IMG/VR virus record: IMGVR_UViG_3300028591_000105
DNA length: 64,000 nucleotides
Source of the DNA: an uncultured virus (IMG/VR IMGVR_UViG_3300028591_000105)
Lineage: Duplodnaviria > Heunggongvirae > Uroviricota > Caudoviricetes
Reading direction: 5' to 3' (one strand)
In this document: positions 12,601 to 27,673 of the stretch, one piece after another
Position numbering within the stretch: the first letter of the stretch is position 1
Layout of the letters: each line of letters opens with the position of its first letter
Notes under the pieces: model-generated
The model's database searches: none
What the model was told of the DNA's origin: nothing
Seen by the model: the letters and a program-made list of their open reading frames with translations, nothing else
Made by a program: the position numbers and the translations under genes

Positions 12601-14892
12601 ATATTGAGCACTTGAAAACTAGTCTATACCCTTAGTATATGCTTCAAATAATTCTAAATCTTTAATTAAACAGCGCTTTGACGAACTAATTACAATGTAA
12701 GGATTTTTTATTGTGATTTTAGGAGAAAATAAAATATAACTTTGAGTAAATACAACGTTATCAGTTTTAAGTTTTACATTATCTTTATCTATTGAATCCC
12801 AAGGAACTTCAACTAAATTCCAAGTAAAGCAGTTAGAAGGAAAAGTAAGAGTTTTACTATCATTTAATTGATACTCATTGCTTGTTTTTAAACTTCCTTC
12901 TCCTATTCTTATGTTAAAACTTCCTCCCTCATACTTCGCTGCTAAACCAAGACAATAAATTTTTCCTTTTTCTAATGTCTTTTCTTGTGCTACTGCTCCA
13001 AAGTTAATAAAAGAAGAATAAATACCTAAATTTCCAATAGCTGGAATCATTATTTGTACAGTATCTGATAGTGCATTAGGATCTACAAAGGTAATAGTCT
13101 AAGTATTCTCACTAGGATATAATATTTCTTCACCGCCCTTTACTCCTTCGTTTTTTCTTATTGTTGATAAATCTATATCTTCTGCGGGAGTAAAGGTATA
13201 AATTGTTTTACTATCATTGGTACTTAATGTATAAAATAAATCTCCTTTCTAATAATACTAATAAGACGTATTATTAATTTTAACTGTCCATTTTATAGGA
13301 AGTTTATATGATACAGGAGTAAAATAAATCATACCACTATCTACAATAGATTCTCCTACACTATTTGTCTTTTCTTTATCATATAAAATCTTATACTAAA
13401 TTTTGGCTGAATCTAAACCGCCACTTCCTTCTAAGTTCATTACATCCCAGCCATCAGCAGAATTAATATTCACACCATTCTACACAAAATTTCTTGCCAA
13501 TTGCGGCACAATCTATCTTGTAGCCATCTTTGAACAAACTCTATAATCTCTATCACTTGTAGAATTAAATTCCCAATCATCACTAATATACAAATCACTA
13601 TAGTCACTTGCCAGATTCTTATAAACAGTTATATACTAATCAATCTCTTCTGAAATATTAATTTCAGTTCTATCCGAAATCTATATTTTTTTTCCTTTTA
13701 CAATATTAGAATTGTTCCATTCTGTTAAATATCCATCATAACGAACAATCTTATTCCCCATTGCTTTCTATTTATCAGTTGGATTAGTTAAAACTTTTTT
13801 ATCTAATCTGCTATAATTAATTCCTTCTATATTAACAATTTTTTTCTCTTCAAATATATACCATTCACTATTATTAACCGACTAATTCCACTAGTCTAAG
13901 GTCATAAAATAAATATGATTTTTATCAAGTATTAGTCCTGCTTCATCTATTTCAATCTCTTCACCAGCCGGCACTGCATAAAATTGAATTAAGTAATTAG
14001 GATTTACAGAGGGCGGCGCGAGAGCATAGGAATTACTATCAGAAGAATATGGCTCTTCTGTTGCTGCAATATCAAAAGGGGCTGGTGTAAAGGTTGGAGT
14101 ATAACAAAAATCAAGACAACTATAAGGAATATAAATATACCCATCATTTTCAGGTAAAGACAACTCGGCTTTTTTCAATGGTGTAGTGCCGCCCTTCTAA
14201 TCCCAGAAAATTCCCTCTTTTCTCGCCTAATCATCACCCATTTCAAGAGCACGTTCTTCTCCAGTAAAAATATTAGTAATTTTAGTAGGGCTATTTGTGC
14301 TAAAATCCATTTTATAACATTTTAAATTACTAAACTAATTTACGGGAATTTTATATAACTTATCTTCTATATACTCAGTAAAATCGCCCCAGTTATTTTT
14401 AGGCTCATAATACCAAATAGAATCTTCCAATATTTCTTCTGTAAAGGTACCAATTTCTTCTACGTTATTATATAACTCTTCATCAAAAGTTAGTCCATAT
14501 CCATTTCTAGATAGTTCATCAATGAAAGCATCCTAACAAGTAAAAGTTTTTAATATTCCTTTATGTTTTTTATCTTCTTTGACCGTTTTTACAAAAAATT
14601 CCAGCCACTTCTTTTTATAAAATAGTTTAATTTTTCTTTCTGCAAAAACTTCATCAATAAATTTATTATGAACATATTTTCCAATTTCACTATCAAAGTA
14701 TTCAGTAGGAATTTGGAAGGTCAACTCATGAGTTCCATTTATTTTTGTTTTTAATTTTATTGCAGAAGCACGCCCAAGATAGGTCATATCATGGGCGCCT
14801 ATTATAAATTTGCGAGATTCTGCTTTTTGTCCTTCTCCTTTTAACTCTTCTGACCATACACTTAATTCATATGGTTTTTTAATAATAGCCAT
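9679..14892 (-). CDS. large tail-tip / central fibre protein (~1737 aa), TAG=Gln
   Basis: seven track fragments (14533, 13891, 12619, 12202, 10195, 9889, 9679) in one frame; KINGTHELTF N-terminus and GINADYIKVGTLDA typical of siphophage tail proteins; follows Dit-like gene. Confidence 0.8.
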
Positions 14893-14910
14893 TAACTCCT
14901 TTCACCTCGC

Positions 14911-17478
14911 TTAATAATACTAAGGAATGTATTTTATTTCTGCTTTATTCAAAAAATCTGCATAAGCCCAATAGAGAGGAGGAAAGTTGTTCCAACTGAA
15001 GTTGTTAGCATTCCACCACCATTCACTAACATCATGCTCTGAATCTGGTACTCCATTTTCATTTAAATGGTTTACTCTCCAATAGTCTGCCAATGTTTTT
15101 AAGAATCCATATTCTGCTTGTTCAATTCTATTGCGCCAAAGTTCATAACCAAAATTAGAAGCATTACGGCTTACTGTCTTAGTGGACCAATCTTTATAAT
15201 TTGCATATGAAGAATCATTCTCATACCATCTGCGGAATTGAATAAAATCTTCAAGAGTTTCTAAACTATAAGAGCTTAATTGATTTTTAATTCCAACAGC
15301 AGAATAATTATTATCTGGAAATAAATTTTCTCCTATATGATCAAATACATCGGTTCTCTGTAGATTACATAAAGGACTCTTCTAAGATATATAATCAATT
15401 ATAGCTAACCTTTCATACTTATCAAATTTAGCTCGTTTATCGTTATCGCTTGTACCCCAATTAAAAGGTCTTGCGTCTAGCCATCTCTTACCGCCCCAAA
15501 GAGTTTCATCAACAACTGGAGCAATATCAATTAATGACCAGCCTGGCGGCAACAAAAACCATTTTCCTTTTACTATATTTTCAGTATAATAAACTTTATT
15601 CATTCCATAGTTTACATCATCTTCATTATTCTCTTTTATATTATACATCATTCTGGAATCAAAGTCAAGTATTAGATTTCTTTGCTCTGCATCTGTATAG
15701 TCTTCAGTATTATAATTATCTTTAAATAAATTCTCAAAATTATCATTGGTAATTTCAAGAAAATCATAGGTATAATACTAAGGTAAGTGAGCAAGATTAA
15801 ATTCAAATTCTCCATAGTTTAATTCTTCGTAGCTTGTATTATTATTTACAACGGGTTTTTGAATATTACGATAGTACTCAGGAGGATTGTAAATAAAATC
15901 ATATACAAAATCTTCCCAAGTATAATTTGTTGAGAAAAACTTCTTATTATTATTTGATTCTTCATCTAATCTTTTATATAGAATCAAAACATGATTAACT
16001 AATGTATCCCAATACAGTTCATTCTTTTCATCCTCAGTAATACACTATTCTAATAGTTCCTCATATCTATTAGCTAGTTCTTTTCCTTCTTCCCAGTCTA
16101 ACCACTTTGCGCCGGCCTACCTTGATTGCCAATAAAATAAACGGATAAAATAACCTAGCTTGTCTCGTGGAATAGGTTCTGCTATGTATAAGTAATTAGG
16201 GTGTGCCGCCTTTAAATGTCGGAATATTGGTTCAGCGGGATTATCCTGACTGGCACCTTCTCCTGGCTCAATTATGGAAACATAACGAGTACCATATTTA
16301 AAATCTTCTTCATCGTCTCTATTTTGAGTTCTCAATCCTGTCCAATCTACAGCCTACTCAGTGGAAAGGCGCTATACATTATAACGACTAATTCTAAATT
16401 TCTAAGTACCAGTAAGTTTTCTAAAATGGTCAAATTTATCTGATTGTAAATTAGATAGTTTAAGTTCAAAGGGAATTTCTACATCTCCTGGGTTATATAC
16501 TAAAAGACGACAGCCAATTAAAGCATTTTGCTGGTTAAGACCAGTTTCCATATTGTAGTAATTAGTTGTAGAGTATTGTGGCATATAGATTAAATTTTGT
16601 TCATAATCTAAAGTAGGAGTTGTTAATAATTTAGCAGTTGATTCCCATTGAGGAATATTATCCCAATAATGACGAACATCAACGATAATTCCAAGGTTAT
16701 TATTGTTTCTATCTGTTTGATACTCTGTTTCGCCGGCCGGCGCAGAGTAATAGAGATGGGTATCTACATACTTAGATTCTTCTTTTCCACAATTCATTTT
16801 GTAATCATTTTCATGGTTATTTAGTTTAAAATATAGTTCTCCCCATTGAACCTATTCAATAGAAGGATAGCCGCCTTTCCAGGGTGTACCCATATTGGGC
16901 TTTACATTATAATGGTCTTTAATTAAACCAGGTAGCATAGAAGGCTTTTCTTTTTTGCTATACGGATTGTCTTCAATAGAATTTGTAATAATATCCTATG
17001 GCTATGTGCATTTATAGAAATCAGCCGCGCGTACTATATATTTATTATAACAATAAGCATAAGGATGATATGCAATAAAGGTAAGAGTACCAGTACCTTT
17101 GTAAATTCTTTCTCCTGTAGTAGCATCTCTAAAACATACGTATTTAAATTCTGGTTTAGATTTAACTTTTGCTTTGTATACTTTATAAGGATTCTAATTA
17201 AATACTAAATCCTATAATTTATCTGTTGCAAATATTTGAGCCATTTTACGCCATTGCTATTCACCTACATTGTCAAATGCAACATTTACTTTAAATTCTC
17301 TATTTTTATAATACTATCCAAAATAGTACTACCCATCGCCGCCAGGCACATCAAGTGTGATGTCAGTAGGGGCCGGCAGAAGGTTTTGGTCATAATAATT
17401 ACTTGAACTAACTACTGTTAGTCCTAGCGTACTTAGGTCATGTAAACCAAAACGAACATCAGTGAAATCTTCTTTCAT
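14911..17478 (-). CDS. distal tail (Dit)-like protein with insertions (~855 aa), TAG=Gln
   Basis: DVPGGDG*YYFG, NPYKVYKAKV, GTLTFIAYHPYA; fragments 16402, 16117, 15778, 15382 in one frame; directly after tape measure. Confidence 0.75.
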
Positions 17479-17536
17479 TTTAACTCACCTCTATAGTAAG
17501 AGATAGCCCTAGGGTATTAGCCCTAGGGCCGTTTGA

Positions 17537-20500
17537 TTATTTACTTAGCATTATCATAGAACCAGGTTCATTGGTGATTGAGAGTATATCCTCATGCACA
17601 CGTTCCACCAACTGGTCTACATCATAGTCAGATGAAATGCTTTCTACATTTATGTCGATATTGAATATAGGGTCTCCAAGTGAAGTATTTGGTAAGTTGC
17701 TAAAACCATTCAAGATACTTTGAGCTTGTTCTGAGAAATTGAACTTTTGGAAGTCAATGTATTGACGTAGCATTGCAGTGTCGGAAGCGGATAGGAAGGC
17801 TTCGGGTTTGGATGGAGTGCCATCAACCCATGCTGGACCTGTGTAGTCTACTATACCGCCTGATTTAAAAAACGTATATTCACCTTCCAACTCTTTAAGA
17901 GCTGCTTTATATGTAGTGGATTTTTGTCCAGCAATTACCATTTCTTTATCAGTATTAGCGCCATGTAAGCCCAATTTTAATAAGAAAGAAATTAATTCTT
18001 CCACATTATTAAAATCTCCATCAGACAATAAAGTTGATATAGCAAATTTTCCATAATTTCCTTCTTTCTTTAATGGTTCAAGCTATTGCGCCATTCTGTT
18101 TCTATGTTCTTCTTTTTCTCTTTGCTGATAATGCTCATAATCCTATTGTCTTCTCTCTGGCTCATCGTCATCTGTATAACCGGGTGTAACATTCCCCCCG
18201 CCACCTGGAGCGGGTTGATTCCGAATTGCTTCATTATAAGCTTCCTATTTCTTTCTAGCCTCTTCCAATGCTTCGGCAACAGCTCTAGTAGCTTCAACAA
18301 CCTTATTCTTAGCATCTTCAACAGCTTTCTTTGCCTCTTCAACCTCTTCTCTACCTTTTTCTTGTGCTTCATGAACTTTATCCATAGTTTCATCTAAAGC
18401 TCTTTCCGATTCACTAGTTAATGTTTCACTTGTTTCTCTTACTTTTTCTTCTATTTCTTCTGAAGTCTAATTTATAATATCCTCATAGCTAATTCCCATA
18501 GCTTCAGTATATTCAACAGTATTATTATAATAACCCTCATAGTCTTCAAGCAATTTTGCAATAGTAGCATCCGAAGCGTTTATAAATTCTTCGTCAAACT
18601 TCATGAACCAAGCCTTAGCTTCTTCTACGCTACCCCAATTATTTATAATTGCAGTTGCTTCATTAACATAATTCTTATTATCTAATATTGCCTATCTATA
18701 TTCAATTTCAGCTTGTCTCGTTTCTTCTTGTTCTTCATACAGTTCTTTTAAATTATTAATTATATTATCAACTGCACTGTCTAATAATGATTCTCTAGTT
18801 TTAGTTATATCTTCTTGTGTTTTCCTTATTTCTTTTGCATTTGCGCCAGATGTATCTCTTTGTTGCAGGCTTAATTTCTTTTCTTTCTCTGCTAAATCAT
18901 CCCATTGGTTTGCCTAATTTCTTAAATCTCTTTGCTTCTTTATTGATTCTTCTAAAGCACTAGTATAATCATCATCAGCAGCCTTCATTCCATCATATTT
19001 GTCCTTTAAATTATCAAGTTCTTCCTGGTCTTTCTTTTTAAGTATTTCAATAACTTTATTTTCAGTTGCTATCTATTTGTCTCTCGCCGCCTTTTGCCAA
19101 TCTAAGAACTCTTTCTACGCTGTCTCAATCTTGTCCAAATTACTTTCATATGCTTCGCCATATTTATTTAAATTCTCAACCTATTGTTCAATAAAGTCGC
19201 TTACATCGTCAGGCAATTTAGCAGCATTAAGTTTACTATAATCAATATAGAATCTGCCATTTCTCTCATAATAGAAATCAGAAACATTTGTAGAAGTATC
19301 AACGGCCCCTTCTGCTTTAAGTTGCTCCAATCTCTATGACAAACCTTCATTAAGCATGCGTTTTTGATTTTCTATGTATTGTTTAATAACTTCATTCTGA
19401 GCTTTATAATTAGTAACTTCCTCACGAAGTGCGGCGACATAATCTTGAACTTTTTGATGGACGTCGTCGTCAGGTTTTAAGTTATCAAGAGCTTCTTTAG
19501 CTTTCTTTGCGTTCTATTCAAGCTATTCTAGTTCTGTATTATAGTTATATAGATAGTCATTTTGATTCTTGTGATTTTCTTCGCCATAATAAAGTTTTTG
19601 TAATTCTTCTTGTTTTTCAATTAACTCTTCTTCTTTTTCTATAACTTCCTGCTCCGCCTCTGCTACAGCTTCTTGCTTTTCTCTTACTGTATCCAGAGCT
19701 TCTTGCCATTCTTCATATGCAGATTGAATTTTTTCATTATAAGTTTCTTCTATCTCTTTTTTAGTTTCTTTAAATTCTTGCTTTAATAATTTTAATTGTA
19801 AGAACAAATCTTCATTTATTGATTCTCCTAGAAGTTTTTGCTCCATCATTGCTTGAATTAATTCATCTATGTAATCTGATAGAGAGTCATTATTTAGTTT
19901 TATTGCTCCATTTTCTTCATATAAGAAATCTGTAGCTGACTTTGTAGAAATTTTTAATCCGCCGAGTTTATCATTAATATCTTTAATAGTTTTACTAAAG
20001 GATTCCATAGAACTTGAAGAAATATGTCCAGTATCAGCTATCTCTTCATTCATTGTTTTATAGGCAGAAATTAAAGAGCTTATTGAAGATACTAGGGACT
20101 AATTCTGTTCTTGAAGTTGAGATGTAACATTTAATTCACTTCTGCAACTATTTACATACTCCTCAACTTCTTTTCTATGCTCTTTTAATGCTTCTAATGC
20201 AGTTTTATCTTCTTCTGTTAATTCTTCTCTTCCTTCAATTTCGCTTATACTCTAATCAATAACATCTAACTAACTTTTTAAGAATTTCTAAGTATCTGAA
20301 TATAGTTCTTTTGCATTTAATCTGTACTAGTTAGTAGCTTTATCATAATTATAATACTTATCTGTATTTAGTCCAATAGCAGTACCTAGTTCTTTTAAAG
20401 AATCAATTTCATCATTAGTAACATTAACAAAACCATCCTAGTCTGCTCTGCCTCTCCAAGCAGCAACATCATTCGCATTTTTTAATATACTCTCCATTTT

Positions 20501-23500
20501 TTCTGGTAAAGTTTCCATATATGAGTCAATTTTAGCCAAAGAATCTAAATAAGGAGAAAAGAATCCATTATCTTCTGCAAAATCAAAAACTGAATTTATT
20601 ATATTTTTAGCATCTGAAGCAGTGTATCCCAAATCCTCCAACTATTTTTGAATTTCTCCTGATTTCTCCTCAAAATTTGTTACATCAATATCTTCAAAAT
20701 TAAATAGAGACATGATTTGAGGTATATCTGCATTTTCAATATTAAGATGGGAAAGCATATTTGTAAAATCTCCAAATGCAGAGCGTATATCTGCATCTGT
20801 AGCATCTTTACCTAAACTATCAACAATATTTTGATAAACTTGTTTTAATCCCTCTGCTGTCTATTCTGAAATTTTATCAAGGTCAGAATCACTAAAACTT
20901 AAAAACTATCCTGTTTTATCTGTAGATGCAATTCCTAATAATTCGCCTATAGAAATTCCATTATCTTTATTAAGTATAATATCTCTAACATTTTGTCTTG
21001 CTTCATCAATTTGTGTTTTTAAAGCATCATCTAATACTTCATTTCCAGTTAATTCTAATCCAATTAATTCATTGTAACTCATTTCTCCAGATGAAATACT
21101 TTCTTTTAAGGACAAATATTCGTCATAAGTTTCATCTTTTATACTTTCCCAAAAATTATCTATCTAATCAGTTACTTCACTTAATTTAAGCATCTGATTA
21201 AAATCAACTTCTATTTCTCCCAAATCTAAGTCAGATGACATAATCTGTTTCCTTAATTCTTGTTCCCAATTCTCAACAGTAGTGTCTACTCCAAAAATAG
21301 GAGCTAAATATTGATTAAATTTAGAATTTTTAGCTAAAGAGGCTAAATCGGACGTGTTCTTAAAATTTTTAATTTCATCTTGCCATTCTTCTAAAATCTT
21401 TTGATTTTCTTGGTTTAATATAGTGTCATCTTTTAAAAAAGTCTAAGATGCCTATTCTGCTAAGTCTTTATCCATCTCATATAAGTCAACAGCATAATTA
21501 GCATATTCTTTTCTCTATGCTTCTATATATTCATCCCAAGCTAACTAACGCTTCTTTTCAGCTTCTTTTTCAATTTTTTCAGATTCATCTTCATTTTCCT
21601 GTATCAAATTATTATATGACTCTCCAAAATTTTCTGTTAACCATTTAGTTGATAAATCAATTCCATTCGCCATTCTTTCATATCGGCTTACATCTTCACC
21701 AGATAATATCTTATAAACTAAACGCCATCCTTCATCTGAATAATTTACTGCATTTTTGTTTTCTTTTATAAATTTTTTAATGATTTCTTCTTCTAAATCT
21801 TTCTTCTATTGTTCTGCTTCTAAGTCTACCTAACTTACTTCAGTTGCATAAACGCCAGTATTAACCTATTTTGCATCAACAAGTGCTTTTTTCTCTGCAT
21901 TTTTAGCAAGTTCCTAAGACAATTTAAGCTATTCTTCCATTACATCTCTTTGTAATGTTAATTCTCCCGTTTTCTTATTTTCAAATTCAATCCAATCGGG
22001 ATATCCTTTTTTTATTTCTTGAACTAATTCATTAAATTCTTCTTGTTCTTCTGTTGTTTTAAATTGTTTTTTGTTTAATTCATCGTATCTACTTTGTAAT
22101 TCTTCAATTGCATCCCTAGCATCTTTTGTCTATTTAGCAAACTCATTTGATTGCTAAGCGTCCTCAGACCTTTTAGATAATATATCCTATTCTTTTTTAA
22201 GCTAATCTTCTGCCATCTTTTCTGGATCAATTAACTTATCCCCAGCTTTCTTTATCTTTTCAGCAGCATATGTTGCTGCAGCGACTGCGGCTACAGCCAA
22301 TAGGGGTCCAAGTGCAGGACTTAAAAAAGTAATAATTTTAGGAATTATTACTTCAAGTGCTGCAGTTGCTAAATCAGATAAAGCAGGTAGGAATGCTGCT
22401 CCTGCCGCAGTAAGTCCCGCCTTCTTTGCCTCCTCTACGTCTCCAGAAGCAAAACCAGCGGTTACTCCTGTTATAACTCCAGCTTTCGCAGCATCGGCAA
22501 ATCCCGAAGCAATTATAGATTTAGCTTGTGAAGAAAAAGTTACTGCTTCTTCTCCTGAGCCTGGAGGCGGCGAAGATGAAGTACTTTGTTCTCCTTTATC
22601 TTTATCTTCTTCTTGATTTTTCTTCTTTATTGCTTGAGTTTCTTCTTCAATCTTGTCAATATTCTCTTGTCTGTTATTAATTTCCTCATTTAAATTTGTA
22701 ATAATTTCTTCTTGTTTTTCTCTTCGTTCTAATTCAGTTTGATACTCTTCCTACATAATCTCTAAATTTATATTATCTTTCTATGCCTCTTCCCGTAATT
22801 TTTCTAACCGACTATTTATTAATTCTAACTCCTTCTATTCATCTTCAAGTCTTTCTCTAATTGTATCATTCTAATGCTTCTACTCTTCTCTTTCTTTTTC
22901 TAACTGTTTTATTTTAAGACTATCCTTTACATTAGCTACAATCTATTTTGGAGAAAATGACACTTGTTTTTGCGAAGTTTTCTTTTCTGCATTTTTCCAA
23001 GCAGTTTCAATAGCAGTAGAAAAAGCCTTATTTAATTTTCCCTATTCCTACTAAAATCCTTTTATTAAATCTAATACGATATTTTTGCCAATTGATACAA
23101 TTGTAATACCTAAAACGACTAATTTCTTGGGGTCCATTTCATTTAATTTAGAAATTAAATTATTTAAAATATCAACTACATTTTTAAGAAAATCACTCTT
23201 TAAAAACTAAAGTCTTAATTGCTCCCAACTGTTCTATAGCCTTTTAAATTTATTTTCAAGAGTATCCTAATATTTTGCAAATTGCTCGCTGGAACGCCCT
23301 GCACTATCCTAAGCTATTCCAATAAGTTCTGTAGTACGTTCGTAGTTCTCCATTAAAGCAATAAATCTTGACTGTTGACGAGAACCCGCTGCAGTCGTTG
23401 CAATATATCTCTATGTATTTCTATCTAATGTATCCCATTTTTCACTTACATCCAAAAATACTTCATCAATATTTCTAAACTGTCCATTAGTATCTTTTAA

Positions 23501-25309
23501 TGAAACACCAATAGATTTTAATGCTTTATCAACTTTGTTATAATCTAAATCATCAAATTCACTATCTAATGCACTTACATTATCTTTTAACTCTGTAAAT
23601 CTAGCAATAACTGTCTTCATTGCAGTACCAAGAGTCTCAGGAGATTCCTGAGTTGCTTCTATCATAGTAGTAAGCATAGCAGATGTAGTTTCAAATTCCA
23701 TACCTGCAGAACTTGCAATTGCGGCAGTTCTACTCATCGCATTTGCAATTCCATCAACAGATGCTGCTGCATGAGCCGCCAATTCAGAATATACATCTGT
23801 TACATGTTCACCCTAAGACATTTCCATATGGAAACCACGAACGGCAGATGTCATAAGAGATGTAGCTTGCTCAAAGTCTAGACCAGCAAGAGTTGCCAAT
23901 TTCATTGTAGATTCAGTTAAAGATAACGCTTCTGCTTCTTCCAAGCCTTGTTGGAAATATAATCCAGATGCCTAAACAACTGATAAAGTAGACTATCCTA
24001 ATTTATTAGCAATTTCAGCATATGCGCTATATTTATTCCACATATCTTCAATGGAATAGTCAGTAACCATTGCAATTTGACCAAATGCTTTATCCAAATC
24101 TTGAATAACTGCAGAGGTCTATCTTATTTGAGAGACAATAGTATGAAAAATTGCACCCAAAGAAGTCATTTGAGTAATAGTACTTTTTATACTATCAAAT
24201 GCTTTATTAACATTATCCTAAGATGTTTTTTGTTCCTATAATAATTCTATATTTTTATCTGTTTCAACATTTAATTTTTCTTGATTTAATGCTGTATTAT
24301 TTAAACCTTGTGTAGCAGTCTAAGCATGTTGCTTTGCTGCTTCAGTCATAGCTCGTTCTCTATTAGCAATTTCTTGCTATAAAGGTTCAATAGTACTTAA
24401 TGCTTCAGCATATTGCGCAATATTTGCACTTGAACCAGTTGCCTAATAATTACCGCTAATATCAGTACCACCGGCAGAAGTCATTTTATTAACTGCAGCA
24501 TTGGCTAATCCCTTATTTACAGTATCATAATTACCTAATTCATTAACTAATGTTTTTAAATCATTTATATACTATTCAACAAATTCTGAAGATTCTGCAT
24601 ATTCAAGCTAATCTTCATCTAAAATTTTCTTTAACTCAGAAAAAGCAGACTCTACATCTTCTCCTGTAATAGCAATATTTAATAATGCTTGTCTATACTT
24701 TTCAATTTGGGCAGTATTTGTAAAAACATTACTGTCAATAATTGCTGCAGCACTCTATTGCTAGCTGTTTGTTGTTGAACTTAATTGTTTATTAAGAGTA
24801 CTCTAACCAGATGAAAACTACTAAGAAGCAATTTTAGCTAAAACAGATTCTAAATCTTTACCACTTTTAATTGCATCTGATAGCTCTTTTCTCATGTTCT
24901 TAGTTGAGAATTTTTCTACAGCATCAAGTGCAGATTGTTTTAAATCGTCCTAGGCAGAAATAGTTTCTTGTAGTTTACTTTTTAAATCATCTAACTCTTT
25001 TGAAAATTTTTTAAAGTTTTCAGGTTTTGCTAAATCTTCTAGTCCTATATTTACACGACTTAAAACCTAACTTAAATCCTAAAATTTTTTACTAAAACTA
25101 TTTATATCTTTTTGATTTTTAAAACCTGTTTGTATCTAAGCCATTAAGTCCTTTATTAAAGACTCTGCTTTTAATATATCTTTATCTACACCAGCAAAAA
25201 GATTAGAATCTACTCCATTCTTTTGCATTTCTGCACGAATATTTTTTAAAGAGGCGAGTATATTGCTAGCATCAAATTCGCCTCTGTATTTAATTACTCT
25301 ATCTGCCAA
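17537..25309 (-). CDS. tape measure protein (~2590 aa), TAG=Gln
   Basis: TTG start with GAGGTG; fragments 23411, 20906, 20438, 19523, 17537 in one frame; TP901-type core (MIEATQESPETLGTAMKTVIARF), coiled coils, C-terminal GGIVDYTGPAWVDG. Confidence 0.9.
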
Positions 25310-25323
25310 TTAACTCACCTCAA

Positions 25324-27630
25324 TTAAAAAATTCCTATACCTAGTTCAGATAAACTTAGTGTAAAACTCTTAAAAGTTGCACTAGTTTTTGCTAATAATT
25401 TTAATACATTATAATTATTTAAAAGGTAATCATCGTCACTTTTTTTACCATCAGAATAATTTTTAATTGCTTCCTCATCTACTGTACGATCTATTACAAT
25501 TAATTTCTCACCTAAACTCTTATTAACCTCTGAAAACATTTCAGCCATTTTTAAAAAAATTACTGAGGCTGGAACTACATGAAAGTTAATTAGATAAAAA
25601 TTATTTTTAATGTCTCCCAGTAATGATAAACCATCACTATATCTAATAAAATTTTCTAATCTTAAATTTAAAGCATTTAAAAATAACTAATCTGAATTAC
25701 CGTCTTGAATACCAACTTCTTTTAAAATTGTATTATTTAAAAGAAAAAATCTAAATGCCGTTAGTTCATCATTTAATTCGGCTGTTTTAGAAGTAGAACC
25801 AGAAGTTCTCAGATACCTTAAGGCATCATCTGTATTGAAATGAATAGTAGTATCTGAATATAATTTTATATCATCTTTATCATAAACTTTAGCTTGAATA
25901 CCAACATTTCCCATAGTAATATCGGCATGAGCACTTTGTCCTCTAACATTTTTTGTAGAGCCCTTTTGATAAAAATTATTTACATCAGTATCTTTAAAAA
26001 CAACGCTCTCAATAGCTGTTATAAAAATTTCTCCGATAGAACCATTAAAATTTGCAATATAACCTGATTTTTTATGACTTAATCTGTCTATTAATTTCTA
26101 TATTCCTACTTCTACTGTTTCTGATTTTTTTAAAAGACCTTCAATCTTAACCAATTCTTCTGCATCTTTAGCATCTTTATTTAAAAATTTTTTTGCTATA
26201 TCTAAAACCTCATTGACATCTATAGTTTCTTTTGAATCAAGAAAAAATTGTACTTTATTTATTGTATCTTTTAAAGTTTTTGCAGTTTCAATTGCCTCTG
26301 CTCCCTTTTTAATTTCAGAATGCATATCACTTACAGTCTCTTTTAATCTCTTATCATCTTCACTATCTCTGTGAACTAAAGCAATAACCTCCGCTAAAAA
26401 ATTTTTTTGATAATAATTCCAAGCGTTCTAATATCCTTTGTTATACATATACTTCTATAATGCTTCGTGATAAGTCTATAAATGAGATAGTATAATATCA
26501 TCAATTTCTTCTTTAAAGGTCTAATCTCTTAAATTTATTATTTGCAACTTATTATTAATTTCCATTGCATCCTATTTAATAACAAATGGAGCAATAATTT
26601 CAGATATTTTATCAGTATTTATACGAAATGCTGCAAGAGAATAAACAGTGTCTTCATCTTTTTTTCTTGAAGCGCCTTTGCTTCCATATGCAAAACCGTT
26701 TTCTTCTGCAATTGCTTCTAAAGTCTAATCACTTTTCTTTTTAGGAGTTGTCATAATCTCCCTAATAACTTTATAAAAAGTCTTTTTTGTTATACCTTTT
26801 TTTAAATAAGGCTAAACATCCTACCAAATATTTTCAAAAAAATCTGATACCATAAAATCCATAATATCTTTCCATTGTACTTCTTCTACTAAAGCTAATT
26901 CTTTTATTTTTCCCATTCGCTCTTGTCTACTAAGAGCTTTAAAATCGGCAGAATGCTCTAACTTTTTTATTACATCGCTCTAAATCTATTTTTTTTCCTT
27001 AGAGCTTAAATCCTCTGTTTGTATATAATTCATAATACGATTTTCATCAAAAACAGTATCAAAAATTTTTTTCGCTTCCGAATCGGACAAGGATGATGCA
27101 GTATTTTTTTCTTGTTTAGCAGTTTTCATTAAATTAGTAATATGCTCTGCAATAAAATTACCAACTATTTTTTCATTTTTTACTTCAACAGAGTCAATTA
27201 ATTCATTAGTATTTATATTTGATAAAACCTATAGCAGTTGAAATAATTGTTCATCTTGATTTTTACCAATTCCATAAAATACATTTGTGATAAGTTGCCC
27301 TATTGTAGTTCCCATACTTTTTTTCTTTAAATAATAAGGCGTATTATCATAGGCTTTATTTATTTCCTCAGCAATTTGTTCATCTATTTTTCTATATATA
27401 GAATATTCAATATTAAAACTTTCTTTGGCAAGTTTTTCTAAATATTCCTAAACTGTTGAAAAAGAACCGTCCTCTTTTTTTCTATAAAGTAAATTCTTAT
27501 TTTTTTCTGCAGCAGCAGTAATATTATTTGCTAAAGATTCTTCTGAATTTCTTATCAAAGCAAGATTATTTGCGTTAGGAACAATTAATCTATTACTTAA
27601 AGAATACGTAAGAATATTTCCATCTGCCAT
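25324..27630 (-). CDS. hypothetical virion-region protein (~768 aa), TAG=Gln
   Basis: AGGAGG RBS; fragments 27448, 26098, 25687, 25324 in one frame. Confidence 0.75.
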
Positions 27631-27673
27631 TGTTATACCTCCTTAAATAAAGAAAAGCGACATTTCTGCCGCT

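Noticed and set aside
6220..17478. Holin/endolysin lysis cassette
   Set aside because: No amidase, muramidase or clear holin signature recognised downstream of the tail genes
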